Shown piece by piece: positions 1 through 9,452 of a stretch of DNA of 64,000 nucleotides. The position numbers and the translations under genes were made by a program. The notes beneath the pieces were generated by a model. It worked only from the letters and a program-made list of their open reading frames with translations, was not told where the DNA came from and did no database searches. Every line of letters begins with the position of its first letter. Position 1 is the stretch's first letter. Source of the DNA: Candidatus Nomurabacteria bacterium (lineage in GTDB: Bacteria > Patescibacteriota > Minisyncoccia > Phycocordibacterales > JAACPR01). The stretch is from contig JACKFZ010000001.1 of assembly GCA_020632215.1 (NCBI GenBank), positions 17,444-81,443 on the forward strand, read 5' to 3'.

Positions 1-107
1 TGGTATCTATTTTGAAAAAAAGTGATTTGGTGCGAAAATTAGAAGTGTTACTAGGAATAATTTTATATTAGACTACTAACTATTTACTACTAACTACCGA
101 CTAGACT

Positions 108-1076
108 ATGGAAGAAGCAATCTTAAATTTTTCAAAACAGTTTAATTTTCAACCTGAAATTATAAATTCAGATAAGTTGAAGTCATATAAACATTTTGTG
201 GTTGGAGGAATGGGAGGATCTCATTTATCTGCAGGTATTATAAAAATGTATCAGCCGGGTATAGAGCTTTATGTACATAGAGATTATGGTGTGCCACCTT
301 TTGATGTAGATTTTTGTTCAAATAGTTTATTTATTGCTAGTTCATATTCCGGTAATACAGAGGAAACTATAGACTTTATAGAAGAAGCATATTCAAAAGG
401 TTTTGATGTTGCGGCTATCACAACAGGAGGTAAATTGTTGGAATTTGCTAAGAAAAATAATATTCCATATATACAAATGCCCGATGATGGAATTCAACCA
501 CGAATGGCGCTTGGTTATGCTGCTATATCTTTAGCTCATATGATGGATCATAAAGCTTTGATAGATGATTTGAAAAATATTGCTCAGTCAATCAATCCTG
601 AATCTTTCAGGGATGAAGGTCAACGATTGGCCAATGAATTGAAGGGTCAAGTTCCTATAATTTATTCTTCATTACATAATCTTTCTGTGGCATATAATTG
701 GAAAATCAAAATGAATGAGACAGGGAAGATACCTGCTTTCTATAATGTTTTTCCTGAACTCAATCACAATGAGTTTAACGGTTTTGATGTGAGAGATAAC
801 ACTCAAGATTTAAGTAATAATTTTCACTTTATTTTCCTAAGAGATTCTGATGACTACTCTCGGATACAAAAAAGGATGGATGTGACCGAGTCTATTTATC
901 AAGAAAAAGGATTGACAGTTACTAGTATTTTTATGAAGGGGAATAATGTTCTTGAGAAGATTTTTTCTACTCTATTGCTTGCAGATTGGATTGCTTTTCA
1001 TGTTGCTACTAATAATGGTGTTGATCCAGAACAGGTTCCAATGGTGGAAGATTTGAAAAAACAAATCAATCAATAA
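108..1076 (+). CDS. bifunctional phosphoglucose/phosphomannose isomerase-like (SIS domain)
   Basis: 322 aa with a GGMGGS SIS-type motif near the N-terminus. Size and motif fit the archaeal-type PGI/PMI family. Confidence 0.5.
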   Translation: MEEAILNFSKQFNFQPEIINSDKLKSYKHFVVGGMGGSHLSAGIIKMYQPGIELYVHRDYGVPPFDVDFCSNSLFIASSYSGNTEETIDFIEEAYSKGFDVAAITTGGKLLEFAKKNNIPYIQMPDDGIQPRMALGYAAISLAHMMDHKALIDDLKNIAQSINPESFRDEGQRLANELKGQVPIIYSSLHNLSVAYNWKIKMNETGKIPAFYNVFPELNHNEFNGFDVRDNTQDLSNNFHFIFLRDSDDYSRIQKRMDVTESIYQEKGLTVTSIFMKGNNVLEKIFSTLLLADWIAFHVATNNGVDPEQVPMVEDLKKQINQ

Positions 1077-1115
1077 GTGGTTGAGGGCTTTCTAAATGGA
1101 TAGTAGAATGGTGTC

Positions 1116-1793
1116 ATGAATGCTTGGATTAAGAAACAGAATATAATCATTCTAATAATTATCATTGTCTTTGTTGCTCTTTTGAGTCTTGTAATTGTGA
1201 AGAACAGAAGTAAATCTGATACACGAGACAGGGTTATAGGTAAATTCCAAAATGTTGAAGATGTAGAATGGTTAACATATACAGATGAAAAGTTTAACTT
1301 TCAAATAGAATACCCATCGACTTGGGAGCTTTTCAAGCAATACAATGATGCGCCACCAGTAATATCTTTTTATCCTAAACAAAAAGATATAGAGTTACCT
1401 TTTACTTTTTATGATGACACAGTTACTGTTGTTAGTATTTACCCCCAAGGATCTGAAGCTGAGGCATTGTCTGGGAAGAGAAAAAAGGTCAATTTACAAA
1501 TTAAAGAATCTGTAAATATAAGTGAAGATTATCTCTTGAAAGGAGGCGATGTTTGGGCTAATTTTACAAATTTTCAAAATCCACCAGGAACTTGGCAGAG
1601 GTGGGGGTTTTTATGGGCTAGTGCTACTGTTAAAAATGTCTCATATGGCTGTGAAAGAAATGGAAACCCTATTGAAATTGAAGAGTGCAATCCATTTATA
1701 GGCGATGAAATTACTAGACAAGGGAAGGTTGATGTTAATGCAATAGAAATAGAAAAGCATATACTAGAGAGCTTTGAATTTATTGAAAATTAA
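1116..1793 (+). CDS. hypothetical membrane-anchored protein
   Basis: N-terminal hydrophobic helix (IIILIIIIVFVALLSLVIV) followed by a soluble domain. No recognisable motifs. Confidence 0.4.
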   Translation: MNAWIKKQNIIILIIIIVFVALLSLVIVKNRSKSDTRDRVIGKFQNVEDVEWLTYTDEKFNFQIEYPSTWELFKQYNDAPPVISFYPKQKDIELPFTFYDDTVTVVSIYPQGSEAEALSGKRKKVNLQIKESVNISEDYLLKGGDVWANFTNFQNPPGTWQRWGFLWASATVKNVSYGCERNGNPIEIEECNPFIGDEITRQGKVDVNAIEIEKHILESFEFIEN

Positions 1794-4483
1794 TGATTTA
1801 TAAAGAAAATTGGTATTTAGAAAAAGTAAGTGATTTGTATGATAATTTTCATTCAAGCTTGAGAGGGCTAAATGATTATGATGTTCACAAAAATCGAAAA
1901 AATTTTGGAGTTAATGTTTTAAATAAAAAGAAAACTGAAAATTTTCTACATACTTTTATATCTCAGTTCAAAAGTTACTTTATTGTTACATTATTGATAG
2001 CTAGCTTAATTGTAATATCTTTGGGCGAATATTTGGATGGATTAATAATATTTTCTATTATCATCGTAAACTCTATTATCGGCGCTGTTCAAGAAGGGAA
2101 AGCCAAAAAGACATTAATGGCTCTTCAAGATGCTGTAACGAGCTATTCTACTGTTATAAGAGATGAAAAGACTATAGTGATCAAAGACATTGAAGTGGTC
2201 GCTGGGGATATCCTAGTTTTAAAAGATGGAGACCTGGTTCCTGCTGATGCCAGACTGATTGAAACTAATAGTTTTTTAGTTAACCAATCTGTTCTAACAG
2301 GAGAATCAGTTTCAGTTGCTAAAAAGAATGTAGATATTAGTAGTAAAAATCTACCGATTGTTGATCAGGTCAATATGGTTTTTAAGGGAACTTATGTTGT
2401 CTCTGGCTTAGCATATGCCATCGTGGTTTCTGTTGGTCCAGACACTATTATTGGTAATATTGCTGAGAAGTTAGAAACTTTGCATACAGATGTGCCTTTG
2501 CAAAACAATATAAAGAATCTTTCAAAAATTATAATTCTCTCTGTTTTGGCTCTTTCTTTTGTTATATTTTTGGTCGGCATTTTTAATGGACAAGAAGTAG
2601 TAAATATGTTTCTTACTGTAGTAGCTTTGTCTGTGGCTGCCATACCTGAAAGTTTACCTGTTGTTGTTACTTTGGTTCTTGTTGCGGGCGTATTTAGAAT
2701 GAGCAAAAAGAATGTCTTGGTAAAAAGACTTCAGGCGGTTGAAGCTTTAGGACAAGCTAGTATTTTAGCACTTGATAAGACAGGTACTATTACTTCTAAT
2801 GAAATGCAGGTTACTAAAGTTTTTGCCAATGATAAATTATTTGATGTTACAGGGAGTGGGTATGAACCAGTTGGCGAAATTTTTCTCGATAATTCAAAAG
2901 TAATTGTAGAGGAGAAAAAAAGTCTAGATTTGATAGCAAAAATTTCTGCACTAACTTCTATTGCTAGTATTGAGTTTGATGAAGAAAAGAAGGTGTGGAA
3001 ACATATAATGGGCGATCCAACTGAAGCGGCGCTAAAAGTTTTTGCTGAAAAGTTAGGTTTTAATAAAAATGAATTAGAAAGGGAGTATAAGAATATTTTT
3101 GAAATTCCTTTTAATTTCCATAATAAATATCATGCTACTGTCAATCGGCAAGAAGATGAAAAAACGTTCTTTGTTTCAGGTAGTCCAGAAAAAATAATTG
3201 GAGCTTCTAATACGGTATACAAGAATGGGGAAGTGGTAACACTGTCTGTTGCTGAACAAGAGAGAATCAAAAAGTATATGCAAGGAATGGCCGAAAATGG
3301 CCAAAGAGTTATAGCTTGTGCAGTTAATTTTAATGTTGAGAATAATTACAGCGAGATAGAAAAAAATGGTTTGAAGGATCTAACTTTTGTTGGATTATTA
3401 GGTGTTCAAGATGCAATTAGACCTGAAGTTAAAGATGCTGTGAAAAGAGCACAGCAAGCTGGCATTAAGATTGTTATGATTACTGGAGACTATGAAACAA
3501 CTGCTGTTTCTATTGCTACAGAAGTTGGGATATTTTGTGAAGGAGATTCTACCTTGTCTGGTATTGAAATAGATAAAATAAGCGAAGTTGAATTATTGGA
3601 GAAGGTTAAGAACACAGCAGTATTTTTTAGAGTTTCTCCACAACATAAGTTAAAAATTATAGAGGCATATAAAAAGAATGGAGAGATTATTGCTATGACA
3701 GGTGATGGTATTAATGATGCTTTATCTTTAACTGATGCAGATTTGGGAATAGCTATGGGTAAAAAAGGCACTGAAGTAGCTAGAGAAGCGTCAGATATTG
3801 TTTTGGTAGATGATAATTTTGACAATGTTACTTCAGCTGTAGAAGAAGGAAGAAATATGTATTCTACAATTAGAAAATCTATTCTTTATTTATTATCTAC
3901 TAATATGGGAGAGATGATGGTTATTGTTTTTGCTGTGTTTCTAGTATTACCATTGCCACTTTTAGCATCTCAAATTATTTGGCTTAACATGGTTACTGAT
4001 ACTTTTTTAGTTGCGGCATTAGCCCTAGAACCAAAAAATAGAAAGTTAGTTTTCAGAAGACCTGAAAAACCAAGTAAATGGATAGTTGATCGCTTAATGG
4101 TAATTAGAATTTTATCCACTGGTATTTTGATGACCATAGGCACATTGGTTTTATTTATTAATTTTTTACCGGATGGCCTAGAGAAAGCATGGACAATCTC
4201 TCTTACCACCTTGACAGTTTTTCAGTGGTTTAATTTATTTAATATCAGATCAAAATACGAATCAATTTTTTCTAAGAGATCATTTAATAATAAATATTTA
4301 TTATTAGGTTTAATTTTAGCGATAGTCTTGCATTTTCTAGCTATTTACCATCCTTTTATGCAAACAGTTTTGCATACGACAGCTTTGAATATAGTTGAGT
4401 GGAGTTTAATACTGGTAGTTTCAGTCTCTATAGTAGTATTTGAAGAAATAAGAAAATTTTTCTTTAGACCAAAATATATATAA
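1793..4483 (+). CDS. P-type cation-transporting ATPase (Ca2+-type, P2 family)
   Basis: 896 aa. Has the DKTGTIT phosphorylation motif and the MTGDGINDA hinge motif, about 10 TM helices, and the cation-transporter N/C architecture. Confidence 0.9.
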   Translation: MIYKENWYLEKVSDLYDNFHSSLRGLNDYDVHKNRKNFGVNVLNKKKTENFLHTFISQFKSYFIVTLLIASLIVISLGEYLDGLIIFSIIIVNSIIGAVQEGKAKKTLMALQDAVTSYSTVIRDEKTIVIKDIEVVAGDILVLKDGDLVPADARLIETNSFLVNQSVLTGESVSVAKKNVDISSKNLPIVDQVNMVFKGTYVVSGLAYAIVVSVGPDTIIGNIAEKLETLHTDVPLQNNIKNLSKIIILSVLALSFVIFLVGIFNGQEVVNMFLTVVALSVAAIPESLPVVVTLVLVAGVFRMSKKNVLVKRLQAVEALGQASILALDKTGTITSNEMQVTKVFANDKLFDVTGSGYEPVGEIFLDNSKVIVEEKKSLDLIAKISALTSIASIEFDEEKKVWKHIMGDPTEAALKVFAEKLGFNKNELEREYKNIFEIPFNFHNKYHATVNRQEDEKTFFVSGSPEKIIGASNTVYKNGEVVTLSVAEQERIKKYMQGMAENGQRVIACAVNFNVENNYSEIEKNGLKDLTFVGLLGVQDAIRPEVKDAVKRAQQAGIKIVMITGDYETTAVSIATEVGIFCEGDSTLSGIEIDKISEVELLEKVKNTAVFFRVSPQHKLKIIEAYKKNGEIIAMTGDGINDALSLTDADLGIAMGKKGTEVAREASDIVLVDDNFDNVTSAVEEGRNMYSTIRKSILYLLSTNMGEMMVIVFAVFLVLPLPLLASQIIWLNMVTDTFLVAALALEPKNRKLVFRRPEKPSKWIVDRLMVIRILSTGILMTIGTLVLFINFLPDGLEKAWTISLTTLTVFQWFNLFNIRSKYESIFSKRSFNNKYLLLGLILAIVLHFLAIYHPFMQTVLHTTALNIVEWSLILVVSVSIVVFEEIRKFFFRPKYI

Positions 4484-4485
4484 AA

Positions 4486-4516
4486 ATATCCACTGTTTAG
4501 TGGATATTTTTACTAC
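4486..4516. terminator. bidirectional intrinsic terminator between the ATPase gene and mscL
   Basis: Hairpin atatccactg-ttt-agtggatat with T-runs on both sides, lying between convergent genes. Confidence 0.5.
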
Positions 4517-4524
4517 TTTGGTTA

Positions 4525-4929
4525 TTATTTTGTCTTCAGTATATCTCTAATTTCAGAAAGTATCACTTCTTCGTTAGATGGCTTTGGTGGTTCGCTTGGT
4601 GCCGCCTCTTCTTTTTTCTTTAGTTTGTTGAGTTGCTTTATAATTATAAAGATTGCAAAAGCTACTATGATGAAGTTGATTAGGGTAGTAATAAATAACC
4701 CATAATTTATAGTTACAGCTGCTGTTGCCTCTGTTGCTTTTTTCAAAGTTATTACTTTGTCTGAGAAATCTATACCACCTGTTAGTAGACCAATAATTGG
4801 ATTGATTAAATCTTCAACGATTGAAGAAACAATCTTACCAAAAGCGGCTCCTATCACGACTCCGACTGCTAAATCTATAGCATTACCTTTTATGGCAAAT
4901 TGCTTAAATTCGTTTAATAAGTTTTTCAT
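4525..4929 (-). CDS. mscL: large-conductance mechanosensitive channel
   Basis: 134 aa. The N-terminus ([27 protein letters not shown]) matches the MscL signature, with two TM helices. Confidence 0.85.
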   Translation of the reverse strand: MKNLLNEFKQFAIKGNAIDLAVGVVIGAAFGKIVSSIVEDLINPIIGLLTGGIDFSDKVITLKKATEATAAVTINYGLFITTLINFIIVAFAIFIIIKQLNKLKKKEEAAPSEPPKPSNEEVILSEIRDILKTK

Positions 4930-4999
4930 ATATATAAAACACTAATACTAATAATACAGAGAAATACTAATTTATTTTTTATATGTTTGCAATATTGTC

Positions 5000-5635
5000 T
5001 TATATTGCTTTTGGTTTTTTAATAACCTGAATAACTCTTCCGTTAATCATAAAGCTATCATCTTCATGTATAAAAATAGGAGGTATATCTTTTGTAGATT
5101 GAGAAACAAGAACTACTTGATTGTTGTCCTCGTCCCAGATGTATTTTTTTATATTAGCCATATCATCTATAACAGATAGAACCACGTCTCCATTCCTAGG
5201 GCTTCTATAGTCACTGTCTATAATCAAATAATCTCCGTCTTCTATTGTTTTTCCATTAACATTTGCCTTGTTCATCGAAAGACCTTGGGCTTTGATAGCG
5301 AATATGTTTTTACACTTTTTTAGGATATTCTTAGAGATTTTGATGTAGCCTTCTATGTTCTCGTTGGCAAATATTGTAGCCACACCACAGTTCGCAGAAC
5401 CAACTATCGGAATGGAGATAAGGTCACCATTTTTTATAAGGCCAGCATTATTTCTAGATACGGACTTATCTTTTTTATTTATTTTTATTAAACCCTTGGA
5501 TTCAAGTTGGCTGAGATGATGCTTAACTTTCTGAGGGAATTGTTCTCCAATTTCTTCTCCAATTTTTCTCAAGGTCATGCCTTGAATACTTTTTCGATCA
5601 ATAAGCTTTAGTATTTTTTCTTGAATAATATGCAT
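5000..5635 (-). CDS. lexA: LexA-family repressor (S24 peptidase)
   Basis: N-terminal wHTH, a C-terminal S24 domain with a GLSM serine motif and a downstream lysine, and a length of 211 aa. Confidence 0.7.
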   Translation of the reverse strand: MHIIQEKILKLIDRKSIQGMTLRKIGEEIGEQFPQKVKHHLSQLESKGLIKINKKDKSVSRNNAGLIKNGDLISIPIVGSANCGVATIFANENIEGYIKISKNILKKCKNIFAIKAQGLSMNKANVNGKTIEDGDYLIIDSDYRSPRNGDVVLSVIDDMANIKKYIWDEDNNQVVLVSQSTKDIPPIFIHEDDSFMINGRVIQVIKKPKAI

Positions 5636-5989
5636 GTTCGTAAGGTTTATTTTATAAAAGTGTCTCTACGGGCACCAATAATAGTAGCATTTTTCTAGAA
5701 AAATTAAATAAGTTATCCACAATTATTTAAAACTAGAAAAGTTGACAAAATAGAAACATAAAATAAAATATAGATATGAAATTTTTATCAATCAATTCAA
5801 AAAATAATATGTTCAAAGATCATCTTTCAAAAAAACAAAGACTAAATATTAAGAAAAAATCTATCTTTGGCTCAATAGTTAAATATCTAAAAGCCCCTTC
5901 TTCTTTCAAGATTATCATGTTTTAGATAGTAGTTAATAGAGATTTTAGAAAAAATTTAATTTTTCTTTAGGATGCTTCGGGATGATTGA

Positions 5990-6286
5990 TTGGTGTTTAA
6001 TTATAAAGATTTGATTGTTTGGCAAAAGTCGTTAGATTTAGTTCTAAGAGTGTATAAGCTAACGAGACACTTTTCTTTTTCAGAGAGAAATGGAATTGTT
6101 TCTCAGATGAGACCATCATCCGTATCTATGCCTTCTAATATTGCGGAAGGAAGTAGAAGGAGACTAGGAAAAGAGAGAAGACATTTTTTAATTATAGCAT
6201 TTGGTTCAGCTGCCGAATTGGAGACCCAGATAATTATAAGCAAAAAATTATCATTTATGTTCTTGATGATACATATGTTGATTTAG
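5990..6286 (+). CDS. four-helix-bundle protein (23S rRNA intervening-sequence protein family)
   Basis: DLIVWQKSLDLVLRVYKLTRHF...PSNIAEGSRR...FLIIAFGSAAELETQ matches the family consensus. The C-terminus looks degenerate. Confidence 0.65.
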   Translation: MVFNYKDLIVWQKSLDLVLRVYKLTRHFSFSERNGIVSQMRPSSVSMPSNIAEGSRRRLGKERRHFLIIAFGSAAELETQIIISKKLSFMFLMIHMLI

Positions 6287-6455
6287 AGCATAATTTATTA
6301 GAAGTCTTGAAGATGCTTAATAAAATAAAATGATTCACTACTAACTACTATCTACTAACTAGCTTCAATCTGATATAATTATTTGTGTAAGGTCATTCGA
6401 TCTTTTGTTGGTTTTTTGCTGACAAATTTTAATAATTGTTAACTTAATATAAAAT

Positions 6456-6758
6456 ATGAAGTCTACAAAAGGGAAGGGGTTACATGTTGTAACATTCATT
6501 CTTATCATAGTTGGTGCATTGAATTGGGGGTTGGTAGGATTTTTCGGTTTTGACTTGGTAGCAGCAATCTTTGGTGATATGTCTGCTGTATCAAGAATAG
6601 TTTATGCACTGGTTGGTGTAGCAGCAGTTGTTGAGCTAGTTACACACAGAAAGAGTTGTGTCGCTTGTTGCAAAGGATGTTGTGATGGTAAGTGCGGTGA
6701 TCATGGGTCATCTAATTCAATGCCACAAGGGGGTTCTTCTGATTCAATGCAAATGTAA
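6456..6758 (+). CDS. DUF378-family small membrane protein with Cys-rich tail
   Basis: Carries the VGALNWGLVG hallmark of DUF378 plus a C-terminal CCKGCCDGKCGDH cluster. A strong terminator follows. Confidence 0.7.
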   Translation: MKSTKGKGLHVVTFILIIVGALNWGLVGFFGFDLVAAIFGDMSAVSRIVYALVGVAAVVELVTHRKSCVACCKGCCDGKCGDHGSSNSMPQGGSSDSMQM

Positions 6759-6796
6759 TACAAATGTAATATTAGTTGAATATTGATAAAAACCTA

Positions 6797-6826
6797 ACCC
6801 CGCACCATTTTGGTGCGGGGTTTTGG
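6797..6826 (+). terminator. rho-independent terminator
   Basis: ccccgcacc-attt-tggtgcgggg followed by tttt. Confidence 0.75.
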
Positions 6827-7089
6827 TTGTCTTGTGGCCTCAACATCTGAGGAAATTCCACTGATTTATTTTGTGGGACTTGATTCAAAATCCCTTTTGA
6901 AATTATTTAATTGGATTCCTCAGATAAAGATGAGAAGACTATGATAATTTTCCTACTATGAATCCAAGAAGTCAAACCATCGTATGTTCAAAATATGTGC
7001 ATATATTGTTGAAAACTCGATATTTAATGCGGATATGTTAGAATGGCTCGACTTAAGAAACAATATTATTAAAATGACAAGTATTTTTT

Positions 7090-7863
7090 ATGAATAATTT
7101 AGAAAAGTTAAAAAATAAAAAAGTTTTTGTTTTTGATAAAGATGACACCATTACTTTGAGTAATGAGATCATGGACGAGGAAATGAGAGATCTTTTTTGT
7201 CAGTTGTTGGCACAAAAACAAGTAGCTGTTATTTCTGGTCAGAAACTTGATAATTTACATAGAGATATCACGAATGTTTTGGAGTGCAAAGATTTATTCG
7301 GTAACTTAATGCTTTTACCTACTAACGGTAGTGCTTTTCTAAAATATCAAAATGGGGAATGGAAGGAGATCCTTTCTAGAAAGTTGACTAATGAACAAGT
7401 GAAAAAAATTTTTGATGCTTTTAACAAAGCTTTAGCTGAGTATGGTCACCATGTTGAGAATCCTGTTGGGCCAATTGTCGAGAATAGAATTACAGGTGTT
7501 TCTTTTGCAGCTCTAGGAATTGATGCAGATCCAGTAGAAAAAAGAAAATGGGACCCAGATCATAAAAAAAGAGAAGCTATTGTGAAGATATTGGCACCTA
7601 TGTTGCCTGAATTTAATGTGAAGATTGGTGGCACAACAACTATTGATGTAATGGATAAGAGTGTGAATAAAGCAACTGGTATGAAGGACATTGCAGAACA
7701 TTTAGGATTATCTCTTGATGATTTTGTCTATGTTGGTGATGCTCTATTTCCTGGCGGTAATGATGAGGTTGTTATGAATATAGGAGTCGATACTGTAGAT
7801 GTTTGTGATGAAAATTATCCGACACAAAAGACAAAAGATTTTTTGAAAAATTTTTTGCAATAA
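7090..7863 (+). CDS. HAD-IIB family hydrolase (phosphomannomutase-like)
   Basis: FVFDKDDTIT motif I, plus a C-terminal GDALFPGGNDEVV that resembles eukaryotic-type PMM. Confidence 0.5.
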   Translation: MNNLEKLKNKKVFVFDKDDTITLSNEIMDEEMRDLFCQLLAQKQVAVISGQKLDNLHRDITNVLECKDLFGNLMLLPTNGSAFLKYQNGEWKEILSRKLTNEQVKKIFDAFNKALAEYGHHVENPVGPIVENRITGVSFAALGIDADPVEKRKWDPDHKKREAIVKILAPMLPEFNVKIGGTTTIDVMDKSVNKATGMKDIAEHLGLSLDDFVYVGDALFPGGNDEVVMNIGVDTVDVCDENYPTQKTKDFLKNFLQ

Positions 7864-8062
7864 TTTTTTAAAAATTATCCACAACTGAAAATGAAAGTGG
7901 TCTAAAAAATCTAGACTTTAAAAAAGTTTCTAATAAAATTATAGATACATGATGTTCCTTAGTTAGCGTAAGCCCGAAACTAAAAAAAGTTTTGGCGCGA
8001 GTTAACCATGATAGGCCCAAGCTCTAAGTCAACCTCATTGTTTATTAGTAATCAAGATTACA

Positions 8063-8161
8063 ATGGCAAAGAAAAAGGTTGCAGCAAAAAAGAAAGCTGC
8101 TCCAAAGAAAAAAGCTACAAAAAAAGTAGCAAAGAAGAAGACAACAAAAAAGAAAAAATAG
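8063..8161 (+). CDS. 32-aa lysine/alanine-rich basic peptide (histone H1/Hc1-like composition)
   Basis: ATG at 8063 encodes MAKKKVAAKKKAAPKKKATKKVAKKKTTKKKK. A perfect intrinsic terminator follows immediately. It is missing from the ORF track because it is shorter than 60 aa. Confidence 0.4.
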   Translation: MAKKKVAAKKKAAPKKKATKKVAKKKTTKKKK

Positions 8162-8170
8162 TCTTCCACT

Positions 8171-8200
8171 CGCCTCATTGAAGTGAGGCGTTTTTGTTTT
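8171..8200 (+). terminator. rho-independent terminator
   Basis: cgcctcattgaagtgaggcg followed by tttttgtttttt. Confidence 0.75.
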
Positions 8201-8739
8201 TTAATGTTAAAATTATTTTAGTGAATAGAACTACTGAAAAATACTTACCAGAGTTTGTTTACGGAGCTATCGACGGATTGGTAACAACTTTTGCGATTGT
8301 TTCGGGTGTAATGGGAGCTTCTTTATCTGCTGGAATTATTTTGATCTTAGGTTTTGCAAATGTTTTGGCAGATGGATTTTCTATGGGAGCTTCCAATTAT
8401 TTATCGAAAAGATCAGAGAATGATTTAGAAGAAAAACCTGAAGGTCAAAGAGATGATCCTTTGAAAACTGGTTTAGCTACTTTTATCTCTTTTGTTCTTG
8501 TTGGGCTGATACCTTTGATGCCATTCGTGGCTGGGTATTTTTTAGGTATTGATAATCTGACTTTATTTAAATACTCTATAATTTTCACAGGGTTACTTTT
8601 TATAGTCATCGGATTGTTTCGAGGGATCATTACAAAGAAATCTCCAAGTAAGTCAGCTTTAGAAACTTTAGCTATAGGAACTGTAGCCTCAATCATTTCA
8701 TACATAGTGGGTGTTGTTTTGAAGGGAATAGTGGAATAA
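8194..8739 (+). CDS. VIT1/CCC1-family iron/manganese transporter
   Basis: GAIDGLVTTFAIVSGV matches the VIT/DUF125 signature, with about 5 TM helices. The ATG at 8194 overlaps the upstream terminator T-run, so the true start may be the GTG at 8221. Confidence 0.65.
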   Translation: MFFNVKIILVNRTTEKYLPEFVYGAIDGLVTTFAIVSGVMGASLSAGIILILGFANVLADGFSMGASNYLSKRSENDLEEKPEGQRDDPLKTGLATFISFVLVGLIPLMPFVAGYFLGIDNLTLFKYSIIFTGLLFIVIGLFRGIITKKSPSKSALETLAIGTVASIISYIVGVVLKGIVE

Positions 8740-8811
8740 AAGTTTTGCACAGGCCCATCAGTTTCCTGTTTTTTGGTTGATATAATTTGGATAGAAAGAA
8801 GGATTTGTTCT

Positions 8812-9411
8812 ATGAAAAAGTTCCATATAATTTTTAGGTTTTTTGTTGCGATTGTGTTTGGACAATCACTAACAACTTGTAAGAGTACTAGGCAAGATAT
8901 GAGTTCTTTTCCACGCAATTTTGATCATCGAGTTGTGTTTGTATCTGCTGAGTCAGGTCTTGGAGCTGGATTTATCGTTGAAGAAGGGATCATTACATCT
9001 TGGCACGTGGTCTCTGACTGTCAGAATCCATTAATAATCATGTGGGATGGTTCCCAACTCGAGTCTTCTGTTGTTCGACACGATTTCATTACAGATCTGG
9101 CACTTTTGAAGTTCAAGGCACATCAGGATATCTCTAGATTCAGTATCTCTTCTGGCACTAAGTTTGGAGAAAAAGTTCGTATGATTGGCCATCCATGGGG
9201 CGAGCCTTGGGTGTTGGTGGATGGTAAAGTTCTATTACCAAACACTCTTTTGCCAACTTCCGATTCTTTGATATCTATTTTTCACGCACCAGGATTTTCT
9301 GGATCACCAGTCTTCAATGAAAGTGAAGAAGTTGTTGGAGTTTTGAAAGCCGGATTAGGACCAGCAATTACGACCAATGCAAAAGCAATTCGCGCATTTC
9401 TCGACGAGTGA
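8812..9411 (+). CDS. trypsin-like serine protease (S1 family) with signal or lipoprotein leader
   Basis: Catalytic triad context: TSWHVV (His), DLALLKF (Asp) and GFSGSPVF (Ser). The hydrophobic leader ends in LTTC. Start chosen at the internal ATG at 8812. Confidence 0.7.
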   Translation: MKKFHIIFRFFVAIVFGQSLTTCKSTRQDMSSFPRNFDHRVVFVSAESGLGAGFIVEEGIITSWHVVSDCQNPLIIMWDGSQLESSVVRHDFITDLALLKFKAHQDISRFSISSGTKFGEKVRMIGHPWGEPWVLVDGKVLLPNTLLPTSDSLISIFHAPGFSGSPVFNESEEVVGVLKAGLGPAITTNAKAIRAFLDE

Positions 9412-9452
9412 TGCGCTGCTTTTTTATTCTGCGGAGCCTTGGTGAAGGAGAA

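Noticed and set aside
2392-4209. Three minus-strand ORFs (2392-2706, 3490-3825, 3970-4209) inside the P-type ATPase gene
   Set aside because: They are antisense to a strongly supported 896-aa gene, have low-complexity composition and no motifs. They are shadow ORFs.
5636-5990. Possible LexA (SOS) operator upstream of lexA
   Set aside because: No clear palindrome resembling known LexA boxes was seen. The operator consensus for this lineage is unknown to me.
8445-8918. 157-aa minus-strand ORF overlapping the VIT transporter and protease genes
   Set aside because: It overlaps two well-supported plus-strand genes and has no motifs. It is an antisense artefact.
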